Shown here piece after piece: positions 8,642-18,541 of a stretch of 64,000 nt of DNA. Position 1 is the first letter of the stretch, and the number at the start of each line of letters is the position of its first letter. The DNA is from Alphaproteobacteria bacterium. Lineage in GTDB: Bacteria; Pseudomonadota; Alphaproteobacteria; Rs-D84. The DNA lies in NCBI GenBank assembly GCA_017471445.1, contig JAFUTJ010000015.1:25352-89351 (forward strand), in the 5' to 3' direction. The translations under genes and the position numbers were made by a program. Under the pieces are notes generated by a model. It saw only the letters and a program-made list of their open reading frames with translations, was not told where the DNA came from and did not search any database.

Positions 8642-11138
8642 AAATATCTTTTGCGTAACAAATCCGGCCAAAATAACCGATGCGTTAATTCACGTTATTG
8701 GCGCGACTGATGATTTATCCGACGTTTTATTATTTTTGCCCAGCCGCCGTGCCGTCCGCACTGTGGAACGTGCATTGGTTGCAAAAATTGGTCATGCGGT
8801 TATTTTACCACAAATGATTCCATTGGGAACCGGGCCCGATTTTTCAGATGAAACACCAACAACCACAGACAAAAACATTGTATCCGATACATCACGCGTT
8901 ATCGCGCTATGTCGGCTGTTGGCATCTGATGGGTATGTTGGCACAATCGCAAATGCATTACCATTGGCACGCGATTTAATTCGCATGACAGATTACCTGG
9001 AAAATGAAGGGATTAATATTTCTGATATTAATTGGAACGACGTTATTGATGAACGATTTGCCGCGCATTTTCAGCACAAGGCGAAAATATTATCATTGAT
9101 TGGGCGTGTTATGCCGGAAATATTTCCTGGGTGTATAACGCATGCCGCGAAACGTAATTCAGATATTCGCAAATGGATTGATATACTGGGTAATCAACCA
9201 TGCCCATATCGAATGGTTATTGTATGTGCATCAACGGCCAGTGTCCCTGCCACGTCTGATTTAATGGCACATATTGCCCAAATGCCGAACGGGCGAATAA
9301 TTTTACCGGGCAAAATTTCTGGGCGCACATGCGACATGGAATTATCAACAAATCCGTATAATTCAGAATTTAAGTTTCTGAATCGAATTGGTGTTACACC
9401 ACATGACGTTGAACCAATTGATGTCGGGCATTCAGCAATTGATTTCATGAATACGGCATTTGGTAATGATGTTTCTGATTATGCCAACGCGTCAGATATT
9501 TCACATGTTAACATGATTGAATGCCAAACCGAAGCAGCCGAGGCCGCGACCGTCGCCGAAATCACCATACGTGCACGCAACGAAAATAAATCTGTTTTGG
9601 TCATAACACCCGACGCCGCCGGGAACCAGCGCATTGCCGCGGCATTTGCTGCGCGTGGAATTGTTGCAGATTTTTCCGGTGGTATACCGGGTACAATGCA
9701 CAATGCCGGACGCGCAATACTAAACGTGTTTGACAACTGGATTGAACATGGAACCAACGAATTTACGCGCCGATTTAGTAATGCAAATGGGAATTTATTC
9801 CAAATGTTACAAGACATGGTGGATTCGCATGAATTAAACTTTACACCAGAAATTGACTTGGACGACGAAAGTGTTGTTGAAATATTCGTTGCGATTCGCA
9901 ATTTATCAAATGCGATTTCAGATTTAGGAATTAAAATTGATATACATGATGCACGTGCATTAATCATGGATACGTTGTCTGGTATATCAATACGTGGTTC
10001 AATAAATGACAACGCCGATGTTGTCGTACTGGGGACGATTGAATCCCGAATGCAAACCGCAGATGTCGTGATACTGACCGGATTAAACGATGGAATGTTC
10101 CCGGCACGCGGATATGAAAATACATGGTTGCCCCGTTTTACCGCAGAAAAAATCGGCCTGCCGCCATCGGATCGCAAAGTATCATTGATGGCATTGGATT
10201 TTATGAACCTGACATGTGGAAAATCTGTATATTGGACGCGCAGTCGCATTTCCGGCGGGGTTCAGACAATTGAATCGCGTTTTATTTCACGCGTTATTGC
10301 GCGTGCCGGAATGGTACAGACAAATAATGAAATTATAAACGCCGTAAAGAATATGGATTGCCCATCGCCACGACCACTGAATCATTCCCAGTTTACGCCA
10401 CCGGCCGACTGGTCTGATGTGTATGTAACAGAATTGGAAAAATTAATACATAACCCATATGCATTCTATGTATCGCATATTTTACGACTGCGTCCGATTG
10501 ATGATTATTGGGTTGGGCCCGATGCACGAACATTTGGCAACCTGGTACACGACGCAGTAAAAGATGCCCCACATGGCGCAACCGCCGATATGATTGTCAA
10601 TATAATGGATTCTCGTGCACATAAGATATTGGGAAATGGTGGCATACTGTTCCACTTTTGGCACCGACGTTTCTTAGAAATCGCCCCGATAATTGCCGAT
10701 GAATTACGCATATTTACAAATGCACGTTCTGAAATTAGCGGCCATGTAAAAATCGCAGGACGAAACGTCCGTGCACGCGCGGACCGCGTTTGGCCAGATG
10801 GGGTTATGGACATAAAGACCGGTTCCGCACCAAACAAAACACAACTGATGTCCGGGAATATGCCCCAATTACCAATAGAGGCGTTTATACTGAAATCTGG
10901 CGGGTTTCCATTTCCGCGTACCCAAACACCGGTTATGCGATTTTTACAATTAAAGAATAATGATGTGCGTGTTATTGAATATGACACCGAAACAACCAAA
11001 ATGATGATGAATGCCGCCTTCAATAAAGTAACAGAATTGTTTAATATGTATTCTGCGGGTGGCGCAGCATATGAATACCACGATACCAATGATGCAAAAT
11101 ATCATGAATATGACGATTTTGCACGTGTACGCGATTAA
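8628..11138 (+). CDS. PD-(D/E)XK nuclease family protein, AddB-like (no addA partner in window)
   Basis: 836 aa. The C-terminal RecB-family nuclease motif is ...RADRVWPDGVMDIKTG (the GxIDRID...DYKTG type). It overlaps the ysxC end and is co-directional with it. Confidence 0.5.
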   Translation: MASNKNIFCVTNPAKITDALIHVIGATDDLSDVLLFLPSRRAVRTVERALVAKIGHAVILPQMIPLGTGPDFSDETPTTTDKNIVSDTSRVIALCRLLASDGYVGTIANALPLARDLIRMTDYLENEGINISDINWNDVIDERFAAHFQHKAKILSLIGRVMPEIFPGCITHAAKRNSDIRKWIDILGNQPCPYRMVIVCASTASVPATSDLMAHIAQMPNGRIILPGKISGRTCDMELSTNPYNSEFKFLNRIGVTPHDVEPIDVGHSAIDFMNTAFGNDVSDYANASDISHVNMIECQTEAAEAATVAEITIRARNENKSVLVITPDAAGNQRIAAAFAARGIVADFSGGIPGTMHNAGRAILNVFDNWIEHGTNEFTRRFSNANGNLFQMLQDMVDSHELNFTPEIDLDDESVVEIFVAIRNLSNAISDLGIKIDIHDARALIMDTLSGISIRGSINDNADVVVLGTIESRMQTADVVILTGLNDGMFPARGYENTWLPRFTAEKIGLPPSDRKVSLMALDFMNLTCGKSVYWTRSRISGGVQTIESRFISRVIARAGMVQTNNEIINAVKNMDCPSPRPLNHSQFTPPADWSDVYVTELEKLIHNPYAFYVSHILRLRPIDDYWVGPDARTFGNLVHDAVKDAPHGATADMIVNIMDSRAHKILGNGGILFHFWHRRFLEIAPIIADELRIFTNARSEISGHVKIAGRNVRARADRVWPDGVMDIKTGSAPNKTQLMSGNMPQLPIEAFILKSGGFPFPRTQTPVMRFLQLKNNDVRVIEYDTETTKMMMNAAFNKVTELFNMYSAGGAAYEYHDTNDAKYHEYDDFARVRD

Positions 11139-11336
11139 TTCGCTGTAAACCAATGTTATATATCGGTTACGATAACAATCCAACATAATACACGACGCAA
11201 ATATAACAAAATATATATCGGAACAATTTGGTATTGGAAAATACATATCTGTCCCCCCACCCAACAGAATTATATTCTGTCATGCATTTTATCCTGAAAC
11301 ACACCAAGAATGAATTTTCCCAGGGTGGCATGTGAA

Positions 11337-12338
11337 CTAATTCACCATCTGTAATTTCCCGCCCTGCCCCCGTTTTGCATTAATCCAACACGTTGCATCG
11401 CCGCGTGGTACCGCCATGGCGTATTTGGTATGCTTTTCGGCGTATATATTTATTCCGTTCATTGCGGTTTCACCAATCCGGCACAGTGGTAAACACCGGT
11501 CATCGGATGTGTGACCGAATCCATCATCGCATTCCCATGGGCAATTTGGTGTGCCATCGGTTGTATTTGCGGCGGTATAGTGTGCATTTGCCGGTGCGTT
11601 TGTGCATGGCATGCAATCTGATGCCGCGGCGGCGGTATCCGTTGCCGTATACGTGCCAACCGGACAATTATTAGTTAACGTCACAACATCAGATGAATAA
11701 TAACCCCAACCAACAGGAATACATTTTATATTTGCCGCATCATCAAAACTCTTAAATGTCATATAATAATAACTTAAATTACTATAATTCGTTAGTGTCC
11801 TAAAATTAAACCAATACCCTGTATCACAAATCGGGAAACGCTGAATAGACGATGTTAAATTAAAATTACATTTATATGTTGCATTAACAGATGTAAAAGA
11901 AGAATTGGTGTCATTGTATGCGCATGAAAAATAACTGTATCCATGGTCAATTTTTACAACAAAATTAACTTCACAACGGGTAATGGATTCAACGACATTA
12001 TCACCATTAACCCACGAACTATACTTGTGTAAATAATCTATATGGTCTGAATCAATTTCTGGGCATCGCATTCGTAAATCATTACCTGGACAATAATACG
12101 ATGGTGTTTCACCATTACTGCGATTACATGGTTGGCACGTGCCCGTATCATCCAACCAATACCCCGCATCACACGTTGCGGCATGGGCATTGGTTAACAT
12201 GCACATGCCAAACACCACACCCCATGCACCAAAAAACCACCGTTTTTTGTGCACGGGTAAAGGAAAATAAAATGGCGGATTTCTGGGGCTTTGTAAAAAA
12301 CAATTTGTGCACCAAAAAACGGTGGTTTTTTGGTGCAC
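11337..12338 (-). CDS. Secreted cysteine-rich protein, family A paralog 2
   Basis: It starts on GTG at 12338 with AGGGAAAT as RBS. An alternative GTG start at 12254 would give a clean signal peptide, (V/M)HKKRWFFGAWGVVFGMCMLTNAHA. The mature N-terminus is ATCDAGYWL..C..C. The C-terminal 70 aa are nearly identical to paralog 3. Confidence 0.7.
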   Translation of the reverse strand: MHQKTTVFWCTNCFLQSPRNPPFYFPLPVHKKRWFFGAWGVVFGMCMLTNAHAATCDAGYWLDDTGTCQPCNRSNGETPSYYCPGNDLRMRCPEIDSDHIDYLHKYSSWVNGDNVVESITRCEVNFVVKIDHGYSYFSCAYNDTNSSFTSVNATYKCNFNLTSSIQRFPICDTGYWFNFRTLTNYSNLSYYYMTFKSFDDAANIKCIPVGWGYYSSDVVTLTNNCPVGTYTATDTAAAASDCMPCTNAPANAHYTAANTTDGTPNCPWECDDGFGHTSDDRCLPLCRIGETAMNGINIYAEKHTKYAMAVPRGDATCWINAKRGQGGKLQMVN

Positions 12339-12403
12339 GGCTTATTTCCCTGTACGCCACGTATTGTAACGCATTGGGCGATTTTTTTCAATATGTTTTT
12401 TAA

Positions 12404-13207
12404 CTAATTTACCGGAACCAATTTACCACCCTGCCCCCGTTTTGCACTAATCCAACATGTTGCGCCACCGCGTGGTACGGCCATGGCGTATTTGGTATGC
12501 TTTTCGGCATATATGTTAATACCGTTCATTGCGGTTTCACCAATCCGACACAGTGGTAAACACCGGTCATCGGATGTGTGACCGAATCCATCATCGCATT
12601 CCCACGGGCAATCGTTTGCGTCCTTAATTGTGCCATCCACACTATCTGGTGTACCGGGGCCGGTATAGTGCGCATTTGCCGGCGCGTTGGTGCATGGTTT
12701 TACGCCATTGTACCAAACTTTATACGTGGTACTTCTATATGGCGATAGATAATAACCGGTTCCCGCCTCATAATAATATACGCATCTAACGGGGTATTCT
12801 TGCTTGGTTGTGTCGTATGCAACCTCTGACAGGCAACTATAATTCTTAAAAACAAAAAATGTATGGCGCCAACAGTTTGTAATTTTGGAACGCGCCGCCT
12901 GTGACGAACCGTCATACGTAAATCCTGTGCCCCAAGAAGACACTCCGGGCCTCAACTCCTCTATGAAAGTATCATCAAGAAACTGGTCATATTTTCCAAT
13001 ATATTTATCTTCGGGGCATTCGTATCTGATATCATCACCCGGACAATAATATGCATTTTCGCAATATGTACATTCGTTTTCAGTATTCAGATAAAAATTT
13101 GCCGGACAATTTGCGGCGCGGGCCGTGCCGACACCGCCAAACGCCACCAGCGCAAAAATCGCCATACCGCAAATTTTACGTTTATTATAACATATAAATC
13201 TTGTCAT
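12404..13207 (-). CDS. Secreted cysteine-rich protein, family A paralog 3
   Basis: Signal peptide MTRFICYNKRKICGMAIFALVAFGGVGTARA. Mature N-terminus ANCPANFYLNTENECTYC. The conserved C-terminal module is CPWECDDGFGHTSDDRCLPLCRIGETAMNGINIYAEKHTKYAMAVPRGGATCWISAKRGQGGKL. RBS GGGGGA. Confidence 0.75.
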   Translation of the reverse strand: MTRFICYNKRKICGMAIFALVAFGGVGTARAANCPANFYLNTENECTYCENAYYCPGDDIRYECPEDKYIGKYDQFLDDTFIEELRPGVSSWGTGFTYDGSSQAARSKITNCWRHTFFVFKNYSCLSEVAYDTTKQEYPVRCVYYYEAGTGYYLSPYRSTTYKVWYNGVKPCTNAPANAHYTGPGTPDSVDGTIKDANDCPWECDDGFGHTSDDRCLPLCRIGETAMNGINIYAEKHTKYAMAVPRGGATCWISAKRGQGGKLVPVN

Positions 13208-13244
13208 GATTTTATTCCCCCATTTGGTTTATTAAAATTAAACA

Positions 13245-13344
13245 CCGCAATGAAAATGCGGTCGGGGTGTAAGAAAATCACAATCAAGAATGATCCCAAC
13301 GGTCTTCGATATATAACCGATGGCACCCCGACCAAAATCGGGGG
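13245..13344 (-). promoter_or_regulatory. Conserved structured 5' leader element of family A genes (copy 2)
   Basis: It aligns with 5378-5484 and shows covariation in three helices (details under the copy 1 feature). Confidence 0.5.
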
Positions 13345-13510
13345 TATATACAATAACCGGCGCACACCGCGCCATTATTGCAACGGATTCAATACGTATT
13401 TGCACGTATCAACTTGATTGTGGACTTTCTTAGGGTCCCGAACCCAATTCCCATTGGATTCAGAATTATTTTAACGTAAACCAAGTATTAAACACAAGGT
13501 AATTTAGATA

Positions 13511-15133
13511 TCATACGTTTATCAAACGTTCTAATTTTTCCGTCATACGTACAATTTCTGTATCAATGCGATTAATTTCATCACGCACAGATGTATCACC
13601 CATCAACAATCTTGATGTAAATTCTTTCTTGTCTATATTTAGTTTTTGTAAATACCGTTGAATTTTTAATGATACAATATAACGTTCTGCCGAATCCCGG
13701 GTTAAATTCATCGTTGGCACAGGTACATCAAAATCAATATTCAGTGTCGCCAAAAATTCGCCGTAACCATCTATAATTTCTGGATATGTATTTACGATAT
13801 AAATCAATGTGTTTTTTGTTATATCATCAACCGGCGGCAATTCAATATTTACATGGACAGATTTTGTTTTTTTCCATTTACGCCATTCATCAAATTTACG
13901 TTTATCATAATCTGACTTTATCGCAGACCGAAATTTTACATCCGTAATTTTTTCAACCTCTTTGTCCAAGAATTTTTCGGCCTGGGATTGTCCGCCGGGT
14001 GTTGATGTAACAAATTTACGATTTGCAATTTGCCACAGAAAATCAATCAGGCCAATTGATGTATTAATTATTTTGTGCATCGCATCTGCACCACCGGTCT
14101 TTAACACTTCATCTGGGTCTTTGCCCCCCGTTACAAACGCAAACCGCACATCAGACGTATCACGTACAAATGGCATTATTATTGACGCAGCACGCGATGC
14201 AGCCTTTTGTCCGGCATTATCGCCATCAAAACAAAATGTAATATTGCGATTTGATTTGCACAGAATCGCAATATGGTCGTCGGTTAATGCGGTACCCAAT
14301 GGCGCAACCGTTTCCGGGAAACCGTTGCATTGCATTTGGATTGCATCAATCTGCCCTTCGACAACAATACTGCGATTATTGCGATGGATTGCATCACGCG
14401 CAAAATTAAAACCAAATATAGTTTGGCGTTTATGAAACATTTCTGTATCAGTTGTATTTATATATTTTGGTTCAGACCCATCCAGCGAACGCCCAGAAAA
14501 CGCAACAACCGCACCATGCGCATTAAATATCGGGAACATTAATTTATGACGAAAAAAATCGTACATTCCATAATCACCACGCCGACATAACCCTGTTGCA
14601 ATTAATGCAGATTCTTTTATATTCGAAAAACTGTTTGCAATCAGATTATTTTTTGGCGCATATCCAATACCATATTTTTTTATCATTTCATCGGTAAATC
14701 CACGCCCACGAATATACGACAACGCGGTTTCACCACCGGGCTCGTACAATTTTTTCTGATACATCTGGGCGGCATGCGCAGTAATATTTATATACGATTC
14801 TTCTGCGGCGATTTGCGCCGCAGACTTTGGTTTATAATCCGGCATTTTTATTCCCGCCATATCGGCCAATGCACGTATTGCATCACGAAATTCCAGGTTT
14901 TCAGATTTCATTGTAAATGAAATAATGTCGCCATGTTCACCACAACCAAAACAATGGTAAAAACCTTTTTCTTCTGAAACAGAAAAACTGGGGGTCTTTT
15001 CATTATGAAACGGACAACACCCCCAGTAATTTTGTCCGCGCCGAACCAGTGGAACACGACGCGACACAACATCCACGATTGACAATCGCGTACGCAATTC
15101 ATCGGTAAAATTATTATACGGACGTTCTGCCAT
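13511..15133 (-). CDS. dnaG: DNA primase
   Basis: Zinc-finger motif CPFHNEKTPSF...CFGCGEHGD, followed by TOPRIM-domain motifs. Confidence 0.9.
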   Translation of the reverse strand: MAERPYNNFTDELRTRLSIVDVVSRRVPLVRRGQNYWGCCPFHNEKTPSFSVSEEKGFYHCFGCGEHGDIISFTMKSENLEFRDAIRALADMAGIKMPDYKPKSAAQIAAEESYINITAHAAQMYQKKLYEPGGETALSYIRGRGFTDEMIKKYGIGYAPKNNLIANSFSNIKESALIATGLCRRGDYGMYDFFRHKLMFPIFNAHGAVVAFSGRSLDGSEPKYINTTDTEMFHKRQTIFGFNFARDAIHRNNRSIVVEGQIDAIQMQCNGFPETVAPLGTALTDDHIAILCKSNRNITFCFDGDNAGQKAASRAASIIMPFVRDTSDVRFAFVTGGKDPDEVLKTGGADAMHKIINTSIGLIDFLWQIANRKFVTSTPGGQSQAEKFLDKEVEKITDVKFRSAIKSDYDKRKFDEWRKWKKTKSVHVNIELPPVDDITKNTLIYIVNTYPEIIDGYGEFLATLNIDFDVPVPTMNLTRDSAERYIVSLKIQRYLQKLNIDKKEFTSRLLMGDTSVRDEINRIDTEIVRMTEKLERLINV

Positions 15134-17388
15134 TATTTTTTACGTCTGGTAAACTTTCGTTGACTGGGCTTCTTGTTATTTATTAATTCTGTGGCGGTCG
15201 GTAAATCCGGTTGTTCTGTGACACTGACATTTACACGATTTGACGATATATATGCGCCATATCGACCGGTTGGGTAATAATAAATCATTGCACCCGTTAC
15301 AGGGTTTATCCCAATTTCAACCGGTTCTGCACGTTTGGGGCCGCCCGACAACAAATCACGCGCAATTTCCAATGTGATAGTTTCGGCATTATATTGTTTC
15401 GCCGCAGCATTTTTCTTACCATTTGTAACGTACGGTCCAAAACGTCCAATGCGGAAAGAAATTCCGTCCCCAAGTTCAACCGGCTCATTTGTGTTACGCT
15501 GACCCGATTCTGGCGCGGCATCCGGCGTTGCATCGGTGCCGACCATGCGCTTTGTATAATCACACGTTGGATAATTTTCACAACCAATAAATGCACCATA
15601 TCGCGACAGTTTTATTCCTAACTTACCACCACATTTTGGGCATTTATCGCCATCATCACCGAACATATGAGTATGCATAAATTCATTTATATTATTAATT
15701 ATTTCGGTGGTTTTTATATCGCGCGCACTGTTTATTTGTGCATTTGTTGGTGTCCAAAACGCGCGCAAGGCCGCAATTTTGTCTTGACGGCCACCGGCAA
15801 CATCGTCCAAAGTATCTTCGGTTTTTGCAGTAAAGTTCACATCAATCAAATCATGAAAATACTTATCTAAATATGATGCAATCACCCATCCACCCGATGT
15901 CGGATGAAAACGACGTTGTTTATCTTGTTCAACATATTCACGATCAACAATTGTCGACATAATCGTCGCATATGTTGATGGACGACCAATACCCAATTCT
16001 TCCAATTTTTTTACCAACGATGCTTCTGTGAATCGGGCGGGCGGTTGGGTAAAATGCTGGTCTGGAATCAGTTTTGTAATATTTACCGCATCACCAATAT
16101 TCAGTGGCGGCAACTTTGATTCCGTACCATCGTCTGTATCATCGCGGTCTTCGATATAAACAGCCATAAAACCATCAAATGTACGTGTTGTACCAACAGC
16201 ATGAAATGTTGCAACATGATTTTCGGTTTCAATATCGGCGGCAACCGAATCAAATTCTGCATTAGAGCATTGACATGCAATTGTACGTTTCCATATTAAA
16301 TCATACAGTTTTTGTTCATCGCCCGTCAGTCCCGTCGCCGGCGTATCACAATGTGTTGGACGAATTGCTTCGTGCGCTTCTTGGGCGTTTTTTGATTTTG
16401 TGACATATACATTCGGTGATTTTGGAACAAATTTATCACCATAGGTTTTACCAATATATGCACGAATTTCGGCCACCGCATCCACCGACAAATTTGTCGC
16501 ATCAGTACGCATATATGTAATCAACCCAGATTCATATAATTTCTGTGCGGTGGACATTGTGCGACGTGATGAAAAGTATAATTTGCGCGATGCCTCTTGT
16601 TGCAGTGTACTGGTGGTAAATGGGGCCGCGGGCCGACGCGACAGTTTCTTTTTTTCAATACCTGTAACTGTTGCACGAATTTCCGGTGTGCCGATTTTCT
16701 GTAATATATTATCAACCGCCACCTTGTTTTCAATGGTCATCTTGTCAATTTTTTTACCATCAAAACGCGATAAACTTGACGTAAAGCCGGCATCGTGTTC
16801 TGCGGTTATGGACCAATATTCAACAGGTTTGAATGCCTCTATTTCGCGTTCACGGTCAACAACCAATTTTACCGCAACCGACTGAACCCGGCCGGCCGAC
16901 TTTCCCAAATTGCGCCGCCACAATAATGGCGAAATGCCGAACCCAATTAAATAATCCAATGCACGCCGCACCAAATACGCATCAACCAAACTTGCATCAA
17001 TTTCACGTGGTTTTTCAATTTCGGCCAAAACAACTTTTTTTGTGATTTCATGAAACGCAACACGATACACATGTTTACCGGCCAATAATTTTTTTGACTT
17101 TAATATGTCTAATATATGCCATGCAATGGCTTCCCCTTCGCGGTCAGGATCCGATGCCAGATATATATTGTCTGCCGATTTGACCGCATCGGTTATTAAT
17201 TTTATTTGTTTTTCCTTGCCCGGCATAATTTGCCAACGCATTGCAAAATCATGTTCGGTATCAACACTGCCATTTTCGGGTACCAAGTCACGCACATGCC
17301 CAACCGATGCAATAACGCGCCACCCTGCCCCCAAGTATTTTTCAATTGTTTTTGCCTTTGATGGTGATTCAACAATCATTAAATTCAT
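15133..17388 (-). CDS. topA: DNA topoisomerase I
   Basis: N-terminal TOPRIM MNLMIVESPSKAKTIEKYLG. C-terminal zinc ribbons CPKCGG...CENYPTCDYT. 751 aa. Confidence 0.95.
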   Translation of the reverse strand: MNLMIVESPSKAKTIEKYLGAGWRVIASVGHVRDLVPENGSVDTEHDFAMRWQIMPGKEKQIKLITDAVKSADNIYLASDPDREGEAIAWHILDILKSKKLLAGKHVYRVAFHEITKKVVLAEIEKPREIDASLVDAYLVRRALDYLIGFGISPLLWRRNLGKSAGRVQSVAVKLVVDREREIEAFKPVEYWSITAEHDAGFTSSLSRFDGKKIDKMTIENKVAVDNILQKIGTPEIRATVTGIEKKKLSRRPAAPFTTSTLQQEASRKLYFSSRRTMSTAQKLYESGLITYMRTDATNLSVDAVAEIRAYIGKTYGDKFVPKSPNVYVTKSKNAQEAHEAIRPTHCDTPATGLTGDEQKLYDLIWKRTIACQCSNAEFDSVAADIETENHVATFHAVGTTRTFDGFMAVYIEDRDDTDDGTESKLPPLNIGDAVNITKLIPDQHFTQPPARFTEASLVKKLEELGIGRPSTYATIMSTIVDREYVEQDKQRRFHPTSGGWVIASYLDKYFHDLIDVNFTAKTEDTLDDVAGGRQDKIAALRAFWTPTNAQINSARDIKTTEIINNINEFMHTHMFGDDGDKCPKCGGKLGIKLSRYGAFIGCENYPTCDYTKRMVGTDATPDAAPESGQRNTNEPVELGDGISFRIGRFGPYVTNGKKNAAAKQYNAETITLEIARDLLSGGPKRAEPVEIGINPVTGAMIYYYPTGRYGAYISSNRVNVSVTEQPDLPTATELINNKKPSQRKFTRRKK

Positions 17389-17391
17389 GAC

Positions 17392-18537
17392 TTAACTTCC
17401 TTTGGCAGATAATTGTTGGTCTTTGTGAATATGCGCACTTTGGCACAAACCAAACCCGAACATCAGCGATAACAAACTGCTGCCGCCGAATGACATTAAC
17501 GGTAATGGTACACCAACCGTCGGCATTAACCCCAAGACCATGGAAATATTTATAAAGTAATAAATGAAAAAGTTCAACATAAAACCAAAACAAACCAATT
17601 GCCCCAATCGGTTACGACATGACCGCGCACACCAAAACAACGTAATTACAATGTAACTGTACACCGCCAGTAATAAAAACGCACCCATAAAACCAAATTC
17701 TTCGCCCAGCATTGTGAATATAAAATCGGTTTGCTTTTCCGGCAAGAACGATTGTTGTGATTGACTGCCCCGCATATAGCCTTTGCCAACAATTCCGCCC
17801 GAACCAAACGCAATTTTTGCCTGGTTAATTTGGTAACCCGCGCCACGCGCATCAAATTCTGGGTTTATAAATGTAATTATTCGATTACGTTGATAATCAT
17901 GCAGACCACCAAACCAAACCACCGGTGCCGCCAACGCGCATAAAATCGCACCAATCAAAAACCATTTCTTGTTTGCACCAACAATATAAAACATGCCAAT
18001 TGTAATAAGTGCACATGATATTGCCGTGCCTAAATCCGGCTGGGCCACAATCAGGCCAAACGGCACCAACAACATAAATATTGGTGCAATATAATTCTTG
18101 AATTGGGTCAATTCCACAGAATTCATCCATGCAAAGTATCGCGCCAACGCCAGTACCAGCGCAATTTTAATAAATTCAGATGGTTGAACATGAACAAACC
18201 CAATATTTAACCAACGTTGGGCCCCCATCCCGGTATGTCCGACAAACGTTACTAATATTATTAATATCAACGCAATTGCATAAATCGTATATGCAGATTT
18301 TATCCATGTCTTTATGTTAGAAAAAGAAACCAAGAAAAAAACAACCGTTCCAATCAGTATTTTTGTTAATTGCGACAGTGCAAATGGTCGCCATGCACCA
18401 CCGCCCGCAGAATACAACACAACAATAGACAACGTCAAAACAATGCCCATTGGAATAAACATTCCCCATGAAAACAGATTCATTTTTTCAGAAAATGTCA
18501 TCATATTTGCATTTGAAACACGTGTTTGACGTACCAT
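17392..18537 (-). CDS. rodA: Rod shape-determining protein RodA (SEDS family)
   Basis: Polytopic FtsW/RodA-like protein lying immediately downstream of the PBP2 gene. Confidence 0.85.
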   Translation of the reverse strand: MVRQTRVSNANMMTFSEKMNLFSWGMFIPMGIVLTLSIVVLYSAGGGAWRPFALSQLTKILIGTVVFFLVSFSNIKTWIKSAYTIYAIALILIILVTFVGHTGMGAQRWLNIGFVHVQPSEFIKIALVLALARYFAWMNSVELTQFKNYIAPIFMLLVPFGLIVAQPDLGTAISCALITIGMFYIVGANKKWFLIGAILCALAAPVVWFGGLHDYQRNRIITFINPEFDARGAGYQINQAKIAFGSGGIVGKGYMRGSQSQQSFLPEKQTDFIFTMLGEEFGFMGAFLLLAVYSYIVITLFWCARSCRNRLGQLVCFGFMLNFFIYYFINISMVLGLMPTVGVPLPLMSFGGSSLLSLMFGFGLCQSAHIHKDQQLSAKGS

Positions 18538-18541
18538 GTAT

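Noticed and set aside
9479-10249. 256-aa minus-strand ORF, plus others at 8792-8986, 9194-9448 and 10505-11089, inside the AddB-like gene
   Set aside because: They are antisense to a long ORF carrying a recognisable nuclease motif. They have no RBS or motif of their own. They are typical shadow ORFs.
12101-12403. Plus-strand 100-aa ORF, and minus-strand alternative-frame ORFs at 12169-12360 and 12194-12391, at the 5' end of family A paralog 2
   Set aside because: They are generated by the palindromic inverted repeat, which reads as an open frame in several registers. Only the frame continuing into the conserved family A protein is credible.
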